From contig JANWIN010000004.1 of NCBI GenBank assembly GCA_025449905.1, positions 24,656-88,655 on the forward strand: a stretch of 64,000 bases of DNA. Reading direction: 5' to 3'. Each line of letters starts with the position of its first letter. Position 1 is the first letter of the stretch. The position numbers and the translations under genes are program-made. The notes below the pieces were generated by a model. The model was not told the origin of the DNA. It did not search any database and saw only the letters and a list, made by a program, of their open reading frames with translations. Positions 29,263 to 39,096 of the stretch are shown here, in pieces. This DNA comes from Candidatus Saccharimonadales bacterium. GTDB lineage: Bacteria; Patescibacteriota; Saccharimonadia; Saccharimonadales; JANWIN01.

Positions 29263-29691
29263 ATGACAGCAAGTTTAGAGTTCAGCGAACTAATAGTAAA
29301 TATGCGCATAAACGCAGGTTGGTCAGAAAAGCGTGCTCGAGAAATTCTCAGCCTTGAAAAATCTCAAGAGATATATCCAGACCGTGAAGCTAGCTATTTA
29401 GAATACAGAGGGCTGGCTATTGGTGAGTTAGCAGTACGCCAGAGCTTAGATAATGAAGAAGCTGATGGCTCCTATGTCGCATTTTCCTGGCAAGAACCTG
29501 CCACTGTTCTACTAGCTGCTAATAGATTTTATACTACAAATGGCTATTCTGACGATACTTCAACGGCGCGCTCCCATGAAGCTGTAGACTCTCTAGTTGA
29601 TCAAATTGTTACTTGGAAAACTTCTTTAGGAAGAGTCGCAGTTGATTTACAACCTAGTGCAGGTCCAATTTCTGCAAGTCACCAGCTTTGA
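29263..29691 (+). CDS. hypothetical protein
   Basis: 142 aa ORF with TTGACA and TATAGT upstream. Confidence 0.6.
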   Translation: MTASLEFSELIVNMRINAGWSEKRAREILSLEKSQEIYPDREASYLEYRGLAIGELAVRQSLDNEEADGSYVAFSWQEPATVLLAANRFYTTNGYSDDTSTARSHEAVDSLVDQIVTWKTSLGRVAVDLQPSAGPISASHQL

Positions 29692-29704
29692 GACAACTTA
29701 ACCT

Positions 29705-31021
29705 TTAACTGAGTAAATCAATCATAAGTGCGGCGCTCCAGGATAGAGTACGGCTGCCGGCTGGCGAGCCGTCAATCGGTGAAAAGTATTCCCGGAAGCC
29801 ACTCTTTTTTATCATTTGAATCATTTGCATCTTTATATGCTCAGCCTCTTTTTCAAAACCATATCTTTTTAAACCTTCAATAATTAACCAGTTGGTATTT
29901 ATCCAAACCGGACCTTGCCAATAGCGATGCGGGTCAAACCAGCTAGAGTTTAGCGGCACGCTCGGTACTGGAAATTTTGGCCCGAAAACTTTGCTTTGGT
30001 GCAGCATTTCAATTAATTCAGCCGCCCGTTCTTTGCTAATACAACCGGCATAAAGTGGCATCAGTGCGCCTATACTCGGCTCAATTATAAGATTATGGGT
30101 AACAAAGTTACGTGAGTAATACTGCTTGGTCTGTTCGTCCCAAAGTGATTCCAGGGCTGCTTCACTTTTGCGCATACTTTCCAGCAGCTTTTCGGGGAGT
30201 TTAGCATCTATGGCTTTGGCAATTTGTTTCAGTTGGTGGTTAGCGCGAATTAAGATGCAGTTAAAGTTAATGTCTTCAATGGCAAAAATTGAATGATCGA
30301 GTATTTTATCTATATCGTAAGCTTTTCGCTTTAATCTTCTTTGAACAGAGAATAGCACTAAGGTTTCAAAGTTGGTCAGTCTTTCGCTAGAGCGTACAAA
30401 ACGCGTATCTCTTCTAACTAAATGAACAGCTGGTTCAAGAAGCTTGCTTGATAAAATCCTTATCCATAAAGGAAATTTATGATCTTTTAAGGCTCTCATC
30501 CAGGGTGGTGTGTTATCTAGGCCGGTTTCCCAAGGATGAACCTGCAGGGTCAAACCTTCATCATGCGGATCGCGCTCAGCGTACAGCCACTCGTGGTAAC
30601 GAACAATGTGCGGGTAGGTAGACTTAAACCAACTATGTTTTTCGACTAGACTAAGCTTCTCGCCAATTTTGACGACGGCCTCGGCTACCATTGGCGGCTG
30701 GGTTAATCCGCTGGTTGCTACGTTATTAGGTGAATTAGGATTTAAGTCGGCTCGAAATAATTCTCTGTCGCGATAATGCTCGCGGCCTGGCAAAAATATA
30801 ATGTGTGGCAGCATACCGTTTAGCCATTGGCCGCGTAGCAAGCTTTTTATCTCTTTCTGTGCTCGCTCAACATCGTAGTGGCGAATTCCAATAGAGATAA
30901 AACAACTGTCCCATAACCACTGATGAGGATACAAGCCGGCCGCCGGAATGGTGTAGTCACCCTTGTCGCTGGCGCGCAAAACTTCACGCGCGCCAGCAAT
31001 GATATCGGCCGGCTCTTCCAT
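29705..31021 (-). CDS. GH63/MGH1-like glycoside hydrolase (alpha/alpha6 barrel)
   Basis: YPHQWLWDS, TQPP, HPWETGLDN, YWQGPVW, GFREYF, SWSAA. Confidence 0.9.
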   Translation of the reverse strand: MEEPADIIAGAREVLRASDKGDYTIPAAGLYPHQWLWDSCFISIGIRHYDVERAQKEIKSLLRGQWLNGMLPHIIFLPGREHYRDRELFRADLNPNSPNNVATSGLTQPPMVAEAVVKIGEKLSLVEKHSWFKSTYPHIVRYHEWLYAERDPHDEGLTLQVHPWETGLDNTPPWMRALKDHKFPLWIRILSSKLLEPAVHLVRRDTRFVRSSERLTNFETLVLFSVQRRLKRKAYDIDKILDHSIFAIEDINFNCILIRANHQLKQIAKAIDAKLPEKLLESMRKSEAALESLWDEQTKQYYSRNFVTHNLIIEPSIGALMPLYAGCISKERAAELIEMLHQSKVFGPKFPVPSVPLNSSWFDPHRYWQGPVWINTNWLIIEGLKRYGFEKEAEHIKMQMIQMIKKSGFREYFSPIDGSPAGSRTLSWSAALMIDLLS

Positions 31022-31094
31022 TCTTCAAGTATAACTCCACCGCAGTAAAATTGCTCATGCTTGCGTGGCATGAACTGGTTGTTATGCTAGATAT

Positions 31095-32246
31095 ATGTCC
31101 AATCTGCCAGAAACTGTTGAACTGCCAGGACTCGTTGACCTCCATGTACATCTTCGGGAGCCAGGCGACAATAAAGCTGAAACAATAGAATCGGGAACCA
31201 AAGCAGCAATGCTGGGCGGCTATGTTTTAATCTGCGATATGCCTAATAACCCGGGGGAACCAACTTGGACAGAAGAAGCAATAAAGACAAAACACAAAAT
31301 TGCGAGACAATCTGCCTGGATTCCCACAGCTTTTTATGCTGGCTGGCAGCCAGGTAATGAAACGGGCATACATGAACTTCCTAAGATGGCTACACACGCA
31401 ATAGGCCTGAAACTTTATGGCGCACCGACTACAGGAAACGATAAAGACTACGAAGCGCAGGAATTTAGAGCTGGAGTTGAAGCTTGGCATGAAGCAGCAC
31501 CCGATAAACCAATTATGTTTCATGCAGGTACGGAAAACTTAGAAGATATGATTGGCTATGTGGCTGGCGATTTTGGTCATCATTTACACGTCTGCCATGT
31601 CAACAGTCGCGACCAGGTGTCATTGGTGATAGGAGCTAAGGCTGATGAATTACCCGTAACTGCCGGTGTTACTCCTCACCATTTATTAAAAACCTCGCAT
31701 GATGTTAGAAGTGAGGGATGGTTTGCTCGCATGCAACCTCCCTTGGCCGAACAGGCTGATGCTGAATACCTTATGCACAAGCTAGATATTGGAGACATTG
31801 ACGTAATAGAAACCGACCATGCACCGCACAGTCAAGATAGCAAATGGGATGCTGAGCATGAGAATCCATTCGGTGTTCATGACCCTGAGCATAAAACATG
31901 CTTTGGTGTACCGGGAATTGAGTTTGCGGCGGGGTTGATGCTTTATCAAGTGAAAAAAGGCCACTTGACTCTAGCTAGGCTCATTAGTGCGATGTCACAC
32001 AAGCCTGCTGAAATAATTGGTGTAAAAATTGGTAAGAACACAAAAGTAACACTGGACACTATTGAATATAGAATATATGAAGATCAACACGATGTAATCT
32101 CAGGTTCTGGCTGGACGCCCTTTTTAGGTAAGATCGGCTTGGGCGGTGTTGAAAGACTCACAATTTCAGGAGAAACTTTAGTTGATCATGAGCGCACTCC
32201 GGGAGTTGATACAAGAGTTATATCTCAAAGGGGAACAGTAATTTAA
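31095..32246 (+). CDS. pyrC: dihydroorotase (type I-like)
   Basis: PGLVDLHVHLREPG, DMPN, TPHHL, TDHAPH, GVPGIE. Confidence 0.8.
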   Translation: MSNLPETVELPGLVDLHVHLREPGDNKAETIESGTKAAMLGGYVLICDMPNNPGEPTWTEEAIKTKHKIARQSAWIPTAFYAGWQPGNETGIHELPKMATHAIGLKLYGAPTTGNDKDYEAQEFRAGVEAWHEAAPDKPIMFHAGTENLEDMIGYVAGDFGHHLHVCHVNSRDQVSLVIGAKADELPVTAGVTPHHLLKTSHDVRSEGWFARMQPPLAEQADAEYLMHKLDIGDIDVIETDHAPHSQDSKWDAEHENPFGVHDPEHKTCFGVPGIEFAAGLMLYQVKKGHLTLARLISAMSHKPAEIIGVKIGKNTKVTLDTIEYRIYEDQHDVISGSGWTPFLGKIGLGGVERLTISGETLVDHERTPGVDTRVISQRGTVI

Positions 32247-33208
32247 TGGCTTTTGAAAATCATCCGTTACACCCCGGTGAAGGTGTACCAATATTTATAG
32301 CTGCCGGACCACTAAAAGATGGCCCGCAACTTGAACCGTTTCTGGCTATTGAAGATCCATTAGTGGTACCGGTACTTGTGAGTGGTGGTTGGACCTTAGG
32401 TGAATGGGCTGGAAATGCCACCAGTGAAAATCCACAAGATTTTGTTTATTATTCTGACAAACAAATGGCTGGCAACGCCCGTGGGTTACCCAATAGTGGC
32501 CTAGAAGGCATGCGCCAGCTAAAAGAACCTATCAGGCGTTTAAGTGATAAAGGCATAAAAGTAATTATCCAAGTCACCAACCTTCCTCACGAAAAGCCGA
32601 TCGATGTAATACCTAACCTTGTAGAAGAAGCTGCCCTGCTTAAACCTACTGGAGTTGAAGTTAACCTTAGCTGCCCCAATGGTCTCGACGATGACGGCAA
32701 CCTACATCCGCCAACTTGTGACGATGTTGATGTTAGCGGGGAGGTTATGTCTGAAAGTTGGTACAGGGTTGGCGATGAAGTTGTTTTGGGAGCTAAAGAC
32801 TCGCCACATGCTGCTTCGTTGGAGAGTGGAGTAAATAGAGTTGCTGTCATAAGACTTATCACAGCTATTAAACCCTACATAAATTTTATTACTGGCATAA
32901 ACACTATTGGCGGCCAACTGTTTCCTGAATTAAAGTGCGCCAAGGGCAAGGGTGGTATGAGCGGACCGGTTGTGGCGCCTATAGCTCATGAATGGCTAAT
33001 AGCTGCAAACGATGCGCTAGAAGGAGATAGTAAAGTTGCCATCCTCTCATGTGGTGGTGTTGATTCGCAAAATGCTTCAATAGAAATTCCTACTCGTCAA
33101 CAAGAAGGAGCGCTGCTTATAGGTGGCGCGCAACACTTCTTTAGAGCCCAGAAACCTGAGCAGCTAGCTCTACGATGGGCTCAAGCTTATGCGGACAGCG
33201 CAGAATAA
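32246..33208 (+). CDS. divergent dihydroorotate dehydrogenase family 1-like protein
   Basis: NARGLPN, EVNLSCPN, INTIG, GGMSG, GGV; coupled to pyrC (TAATG). Confidence 0.75.
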   Translation: MAFENHPLHPGEGVPIFIAAGPLKDGPQLEPFLAIEDPLVVPVLVSGGWTLGEWAGNATSENPQDFVYYSDKQMAGNARGLPNSGLEGMRQLKEPIRRLSDKGIKVIIQVTNLPHEKPIDVIPNLVEEAALLKPTGVEVNLSCPNGLDDDGNLHPPTCDDVDVSGEVMSESWYRVGDEVVLGAKDSPHAASLESGVNRVAVIRLITAIKPYINFITGINTIGGQLFPELKCAKGKGGMSGPVVAPIAHEWLIAANDALEGDSKVAILSCGGVDSQNASIEIPTRQQEGALLIGGAQHFFRAQKPEQLALRWAQAYADSAE

Positions 33209-33230
33209 CCTCTGATATAATCTAGGGAAT

Positions 33231-34280
33231 ATGGGGTATGAAATTAAGAAGGTTGCTGATGTTGCTGATGTGCTTAAAAAGCGCCTAAAAACGATGGAGC
33301 ATAAACCTAGTATTTTGCGCGCTATTGAACTTAAAGCCCTGGCCGATGAAATTCCACTACTAAAGCCTGAAAAACGGGCCGCGTTTGGCAAAGAACTCAA
33401 CAAACTAAAAGCTGAACTACAGAAGATGGTTGAAGTGGCCGAGGAAGAAACTACCAAACTCGAACCGATTGATGTTACCGCGCCATTTGATGTCAATACT
33501 CGCAAAAGGCCTAGACCGCTAAGCAGCGAACTAGGCAGCCAAAACCCGATCATGGCTGATCAGGACGAGCTGATAAATATTTTTGCCCGCATGGGCTTTA
33601 CGGCCATTGAATCTCGACAAATTGATGATGATTATCACATGTTTGGCAGCCTGAACTTTCCCGAGGGCCACCCAGCGCGTGATGATTACGATAGTTTTGT
33701 AACGGCCGAAAAAGACAAAAATGGCAAGCCTTTCATTGCCCCAGCTCACACCAGCACCATGCAGAATCGTGTGCTCAAACAATTCAAACCTAATCTAGAA
33801 AAAGGGCAGGCCATTGCCGTGGTCATCCCAGGCCGTGTTTTCCGCAATGAAGACTTAGACCCAAGGCACGAGCATACCTTTCAGCAAATTGAAGGCGTTT
33901 ATGTAGATAAGGGTATTCATGCTGGCCATTTGATCGCCACGCTTAAAACTTTTTTGCAGGAGTACTATGGCCAGGAACTGGATGTCAAAACCCAGCCGTT
34001 TTATTTCCCATTTACTGAACCGAGCTTTGAATTCGCTATGAGCTGTCCATTTTGCCGAAAGAAAGGATGTAATGTTTGTAGTTACTCCGGTTGGATTGAA
34101 ATTTTGGGCTGCGGCATGATTCACCCTAATGTTTTGAAGGAAGCTGGCATTGACCCAAATGTTTTCACTGGCTTTGCATGGGGCGTCGGCACCATGCGCT
34201 TAACCATGATGAAATACGGCATTGAAGATATTCGCCACTTCAATAGCGGAAAACTAGAATTTTTGAGGCAGTTCAAATGA
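33231..34280 (+). CDS. pheS: phenylalanine-tRNA ligase alpha subunit
   Basis: HPARD, PGRVFR, FQQIEG, FPFTEPS, EILGCGM, GFAWG. Confidence 0.97.
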   Translation: MGYEIKKVADVADVLKKRLKTMEHKPSILRAIELKALADEIPLLKPEKRAAFGKELNKLKAELQKMVEVAEEETTKLEPIDVTAPFDVNTRKRPRPLSSELGSQNPIMADQDELINIFARMGFTAIESRQIDDDYHMFGSLNFPEGHPARDDYDSFVTAEKDKNGKPFIAPAHTSTMQNRVLKQFKPNLEKGQAIAVVIPGRVFRNEDLDPRHEHTFQQIEGVYVDKGIHAGHLIATLKTFLQEYYGQELDVKTQPFYFPFTEPSFEFAMSCPFCRKKGCNVCSYSGWIEILGCGMIHPNVLKEAGIDPNVFTGFAWGVGTMRLTMMKYGIEDIRHFNSGKLEFLRQFK

Positions 34281-36838
34281 AAGTTAGTTTGAACGCTATT
34301 CGGTTCATGAATCAGCGATACGGCACAGCTGGCGAAGTTGTGCCGGCTGGTGGAGTCAATCAACTTGTTGAGAAAATTGGTGCTCAGCTAGGTGCAGTCG
34401 AAGAAGTCATTGATGTTGGTAAAAAATATAAGGGTATTGTTATTGCCAAAGTTGTTTCCTGCGAATCTCATCCTGACGCCGACAAGCTTAGTCTTTGCCG
34501 AATTGATGATGGCCGAAAAGTAAAAGGTGTTAAACGTGGTCCGCGTGGTCTAATCCAAGTAGTCTGTGGCGCCCCAAACGTAAAAGAAGGCATGCTAGCT
34601 GTCTGGTTACCACCCGGCACAATCGTACCAGCCACAGCCGACAAAGATCCGTTAAAACTTGAAGCTCGCGAAATCCGTGGGCAAGTTAGCAATGGCATGC
34701 TTGCTAGCTCGCATGAGCTAGGGCTTAGTGAAGACCATAGCGGCATCCTTGACGTTGATCAAAGTGTAAGGCCCATAAAACCAGGCACTAGCTTCGCAGA
34801 AGTTTATGAACTTGAAAATGACGTTGTCATTGATATTGAGAACAAGATGTTTACACACCGCCCAGACCTTTTCGGCTTTTTAGGAATATCGCGAGAACTA
34901 GCTGGCATTCAGCAAAAACCTTTCATAAGCCCTGAATGGTATAAAGAAAATCCAATTTTTCCCGCAATAGAAGGGCAACGATTGGAGCTGAAAGTACAAA
35001 ATGAACTGCCGAAACTTGCGCCTAGGTTCAACGCCGTTGCTATGAGTGATGTAAAGGTTGGCCCCAGCCCAATTTGGCTACAAGTTGAATTATCACGAGT
35101 TGGCATCCGACCCATCAATAACATTGTTGATTACACAAACTTTTTTATGATGGAAACTGCTCAACCGCTTCATGCCTATGACTACGACAAAGTTACGGCC
35201 AAAGATGCCGGTGCCAAGCACGCCACAATCACCATTCGCCATCCTAAAAAAGGTGAAACCATCACATTACTGGGCGGAAAAGAAGTCAAACCTCATCCTG
35301 AAGCTATAATGATCGCTTCTAAAACTAAGGCCATAGGCATTGGTGGGGTAATGGGTGGGGCAGACACAGAAGTAGACGCAACAACGACCAATATTATTTT
35401 AGAAGCCGCTAACTTTGATATGTACTCTATACGTAAAACTGCCATGGAGCACGGCTTGTTTACTGACGCGGTTACTCGTTTCACAAAAGGACAAAGCCCC
35501 TTACAGACAGTGACTGTATTGGCAAAAATTGTAGATGAAATTCGAAAATTCGCTGGAGGTAAAGTTGCCAGTAATTTGAGAGATAGTAAGCATCGTTTGC
35601 AAAATCCAGAGCCGGTCAAAGTCACAGCGAAATTTATTAATGAGCGGCTGGGGTTGAACCTAACGCCTGCCAAGATGGCAAGACTACTAGAAAATGTTGA
35701 ATTTAAAGTTATGAGGCTAGCCGGCGGCAGTCTGGGTGTGATGCCACCATTTTGGCGGACTGATATTCATATACCAGAAGATGTAGTTGAAGAAATTGGC
35801 CGGTTGTATGGCTATGACCATTTGCCGTTGGATCTGCCAAAACGGGATCTAACATCAGTTGAACCAGAGCCAATGCTGGAATTTAAAGCAGGCCTGCGCG
35901 AGGTTTTGTCAGCTGCTGGAGCTAACGAAGTTCTAACTTACAGTTTTGTCCCCGGCCAGCTAATGAAAAAGGCCGGCCAGAACCCTGCCAACGCTTTTAA
36001 GATTGCCAATGCTCTGTCGCCGGAGCTGGAATATTACCGAATGAGCCTAGTGCCCAGCTTGCTTGATAAAATTCACCTAAACATTAAATCTGGCTTTAAT
36101 GAATTTGCTTTATTTGAGATTAATCAGACTCACGCTAAAGATTTGATTGAGAAGGATGGCTTGCCAATTGAAGAATACCGACTGGGGCTGGTTTTTGCAG
36201 CCGAGGCTAAGCGGGCTAAGTACAAGTACCAAGGCGCAGCGTATTATCAAGTTAAAAAATACCTGGAGCTTCTGCTAAGCCACTTAAATATTGAAGCTGT
36301 TTATGAGCCTATGACCTTGCGTGAGCCCAAAATGGAGGTCGGCAAAGCCGCCGCCGCACCTTTTGAAAGGCAACGCTCGGCCTACGTCATGACCAAAGAC
36401 AACAAACTAATTGGCGAAATAGGCGAATTCAAGCCTAGTGTGACTAGTAAGTTCAAACTGCCGGCCTTTACGGCTGGTTTTGAAATTGATGTCGCCCAGC
36501 TATTGAAACAGCAGTCACCACAGTCCAGCTACCAGCCAATACCTAAATTTCCTAAAGTTGAGCAGGACATTTCACTAAAAGTGCCAGGCAGGGTTGACTA
36601 CGCCCAGCTTCATAGTGTGATCACCAAAAACGTCGATAAATTTAAACCCAGCAACCCACAATTCAGCCTTAATGGTGTGGATATTTATCAAGACGAAGAG
36701 GATAAAACCCATAAGCACATTACTTTCCATCTGGAAATTGCCTCATTTGATAGAACTTTGACAGCCGAAGAAGTAAACAAATTATTAGACAAAGCTGCCG
36801 CAGAAGCCAACAAAAAACTAGGCGCCGAGAGGCTATAG
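34277..36838 (+). CDS. pheT: phenylalanine-tRNA ligase beta subunit
   Basis: HPDADKL, VCGAPN, RPD, NNIVD, QPLHAYD, EEIGRLYGYD, C-terminal FDX-ACB. Confidence 0.97.
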   Translation: MKVSLNAIRFMNQRYGTAGEVVPAGGVNQLVEKIGAQLGAVEEVIDVGKKYKGIVIAKVVSCESHPDADKLSLCRIDDGRKVKGVKRGPRGLIQVVCGAPNVKEGMLAVWLPPGTIVPATADKDPLKLEAREIRGQVSNGMLASSHELGLSEDHSGILDVDQSVRPIKPGTSFAEVYELENDVVIDIENKMFTHRPDLFGFLGISRELAGIQQKPFISPEWYKENPIFPAIEGQRLELKVQNELPKLAPRFNAVAMSDVKVGPSPIWLQVELSRVGIRPINNIVDYTNFFMMETAQPLHAYDYDKVTAKDAGAKHATITIRHPKKGETITLLGGKEVKPHPEAIMIASKTKAIGIGGVMGGADTEVDATTTNIILEAANFDMYSIRKTAMEHGLFTDAVTRFTKGQSPLQTVTVLAKIVDEIRKFAGGKVASNLRDSKHRLQNPEPVKVTAKFINERLGLNLTPAKMARLLENVEFKVMRLAGGSLGVMPPFWRTDIHIPEDVVEEIGRLYGYDHLPLDLPKRDLTSVEPEPMLEFKAGLREVLSAAGANEVLTYSFVPGQLMKKAGQNPANAFKIANALSPELEYYRMSLVPSLLDKIHLNIKSGFNEFALFEINQTHAKDLIEKDGLPIEEYRLGLVFAAEAKRAKYKYQGAAYYQVKKYLELLLSHLNIEAVYEPMTLREPKMEVGKAAAAPFERQRSAYVMTKDNKLIGEIGEFKPSVTSKFKLPAFTAGFEIDVAQLLKQQSPQSSYQPIPKFPKVEQDISLKVPGRVDYAQLHSVITKNVDKFKPSNPQFSLNGVDIYQDEEDKTHKHITFHLEIASFDRTLTAEEVNKLLDKAAAEANKKLGAERL

Positions 36839-38584
36839 ATGATAAAAAAAGTTCTTTTCAGCCTAAGCGCAGCCCTTAGCTTATTTTTTCTATCAGCCAG
36901 CCCGTTAGCGCATGCCGATGTTAATGATTTTGTTATTAATAATTTTGATGGCACCTACACACTCAGTACAGCTGATAAGCAAGGCGAACTACATATAGTC
37001 GAACAAATTGACTTAACTTTTAGCGATTATAATCATGGTATTTTGCGAGCTATACCAAAAAAGTATAAGGGCCAGTCTCTTAAGCTCCATGTTAATAGTA
37101 TTAGTTCTAACAGTGGTGCGCCAACCCAGTACACGTCCTACACCGACAGCGGAAACACAGTGCTTAAAATTGGTGACAAAAACCGTACCATAACTGGCAA
37201 ACAATCATATACTATCGATTATACGGTCGACAATGTTATAACTTTTTATCCTGACCATGATGAACTGTATTGGGATATTAATGGTGATCAGTGGAATCAA
37301 CTGTTTGAGAAAGTTAAAGCCCACTTTATTTTATTGTCTGAAAATCTTAGTTCCATAAAAGAAGCTTGCTTTACAGGCAGTTTTGGCTCAGTGCAAAAAA
37401 ACTGCCGCATTACAAATCCAGATATTACGAACACGGTTGTCACAACCAATCAACCGCTAAAGGAAAACGAAACCCTGACAACTGTTATTGCTTTTGATAA
37501 GGATATTTTTCAACCAGCTACTTTTTGGGACAAGTTAAATGACCAAAAAGGATTATTAATTGCGCTAATTGCCCCAACACTTATTTTTGGTGGCTATGCT
37601 TTTGGACGCTGGTACAAAAAGGGGCGCGACTTTAAGGGTAGGGGGGTAATTGTGCCCGAATACGGCCCGCCAGATAATCTGACACCGGCCGAAGTTGGTG
37701 TTATAGCTGATTATAAGTTAGACAACAAAGACTTTTCGGCTACGATTATTGACTTCGCGGTCAGAAAATACATCCTCATCCACGAGATAAAACAAAAGAA
37801 AATATTAAAAGACTCCAAAAAGTACGAGTTGGAATTGCTAAGCACAGACATATCAGGCCTTAAGCCTCATGAAGCAACTATACTGACAGGATTGTTTGAT
37901 AGCTTTACGCCCGGGTCTAAAGTTTTTATCGAGGATTTGAAAAATAAGTTCTACATTACTGTTGCCAAAGTTCGCAAAGACTTGCTGAAATCCTTAACCG
38001 AGGCTGGTTATTTTGACGGGAACCCGATTAAAGCCAGCGGTGGGCTGTATGCTTTAGCAATTGGCTTAGCATTGGTTGGCCTTACTTTTGCACCAGATTG
38101 GTGGCGAGTAGGCGTACCACTGGCAGCAATCCCAGTCTTTATCTTTGGCACACTTATGGACCGTCGCACACCAAAAGGCGTGGCTGCCAAAGAACATATT
38201 GAGGGGCTTAAACTTTATCTAAAAGTCGCTGAAAAAGACCGCATTAAAATGCTGCAAAGTCCTGATGCGCCTTACGCTGAAAAGTCTGCCGCTCCCAAAA
38301 TGACCGTCCACTTGTATGAAAAACTTTTGCCATATGCCATTTTACTGGGCGTGGAAAGGGAATGGTCTAAGAAGTTTGAGAATATCTATACCCAGCCGCC
38401 TGATTGGTATGACGGCGACTTCAGAACCTTCAATACTGTGCTATTTATAAGCAGCCTCAACAGCAGCGTCGGAACTATGAATACAAACTTCTCTGCGCCT
38501 TCAAGTTCGTCCAGTAGCGGCTTTAGTGGTGGCGGCGGCTTCTCAGGCGGTGGTGGAGGCGGCGGAGGCGGGGGTGGCTGGTAA
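36839..38584 (+). CDS. DUF2207 family membrane protein
   Basis: HGILRAIP, ELYWDING, YEKLLPYAILLG, C-terminal GGGGGGGGW. Confidence 0.9.
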   Translation: MIKKVLFSLSAALSLFFLSASPLAHADVNDFVINNFDGTYTLSTADKQGELHIVEQIDLTFSDYNHGILRAIPKKYKGQSLKLHVNSISSNSGAPTQYTSYTDSGNTVLKIGDKNRTITGKQSYTIDYTVDNVITFYPDHDELYWDINGDQWNQLFEKVKAHFILLSENLSSIKEACFTGSFGSVQKNCRITNPDITNTVVTTNQPLKENETLTTVIAFDKDIFQPATFWDKLNDQKGLLIALIAPTLIFGGYAFGRWYKKGRDFKGRGVIVPEYGPPDNLTPAEVGVIADYKLDNKDFSATIIDFAVRKYILIHEIKQKKILKDSKKYELELLSTDISGLKPHEATILTGLFDSFTPGSKVFIEDLKNKFYITVAKVRKDLLKSLTEAGYFDGNPIKASGGLYALAIGLALVGLTFAPDWWRVGVPLAAIPVFIFGTLMDRRTPKGVAAKEHIEGLKLYLKVAEKDRIKMLQSPDAPYAEKSAAPKMTVHLYEKLLPYAILLGVEREWSKKFENIYTQPPDWYDGDFRTFNTVLFISSLNSSVGTMNTNFSAPSSSSSSGFSGGGGFSGGGGGGGGGGGW

Positions 38585-39027
38585 TGCCTGCTGAACCGCA
38601 GCCAAATATAGACAATCGCCGTCAATTATTTGTTGATGGACTAGTGGCTGTAGATTACTTTCCCTCATTGGACAAAAGCCAAAGAGAGGGACTTGTGGGT
38701 TATTTAAATAGAAAGCACATAAGTATGGGTTACTTGACCTTACAACTAACCCTTCCAGAAGTTGTTGGACAAATTGAGAATGGATCTAATCCTGTTTTAT
38801 TTGAAAGAGCATCCTACGAGGCTACGCTGCAAGAAGTTGCCGGCGCAGTTTCAATAGCTGCTTCATTCCTAGACCGTTTTGTTTGGGCGCCGTTTAGAAC
38901 GAAGGAAGTGTGGGCCAAAAATAACGAAACACCGCTGCAAGTAGAGAGACGCTATCGCAGGAAACACTATAAATTGGAAGATTCTGAAGTCTTTAAGAAA
39001 TGGCTGGAAAGTCAGCAAATCACCTAG
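38584..39027 (+). CDS. hypothetical protein
   Basis: 147 aa ORF coupled to DUF2207 (TAATG). Confidence 0.55.
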   Translation: MPAEPQPNIDNRRQLFVDGLVAVDYFPSLDKSQREGLVGYLNRKHISMGYLTLQLTLPEVVGQIENGSNPVLFERASYEATLQEVAGAVSIAASFLDRFVWAPFRTKEVWAKNNETPLQVERRYRRKHYKLEDSEVFKKWLESQQIT

Positions 39028-39096
39028 CCTGCTCTTCTCTGCCCTTCGTCAACTCTTAACATGTTAAGCATAAATTTTAAGTTATAATTATATGTA

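Noticed and set aside
30847-31071. Overlapping ORF suggesting a frameshifted N-terminus of the glycoside hydrolase
   Set aside because: The hydrolase is complete from ATG 31021, with a TATACT box 6 nt upstream; the other frame has no recognisable motif
38505-38581. GGC/GGT-rich repeat (also about 14060-14165)
   Set aside because: Simply encodes Gly/Ser-rich tails or linkers of the proteins
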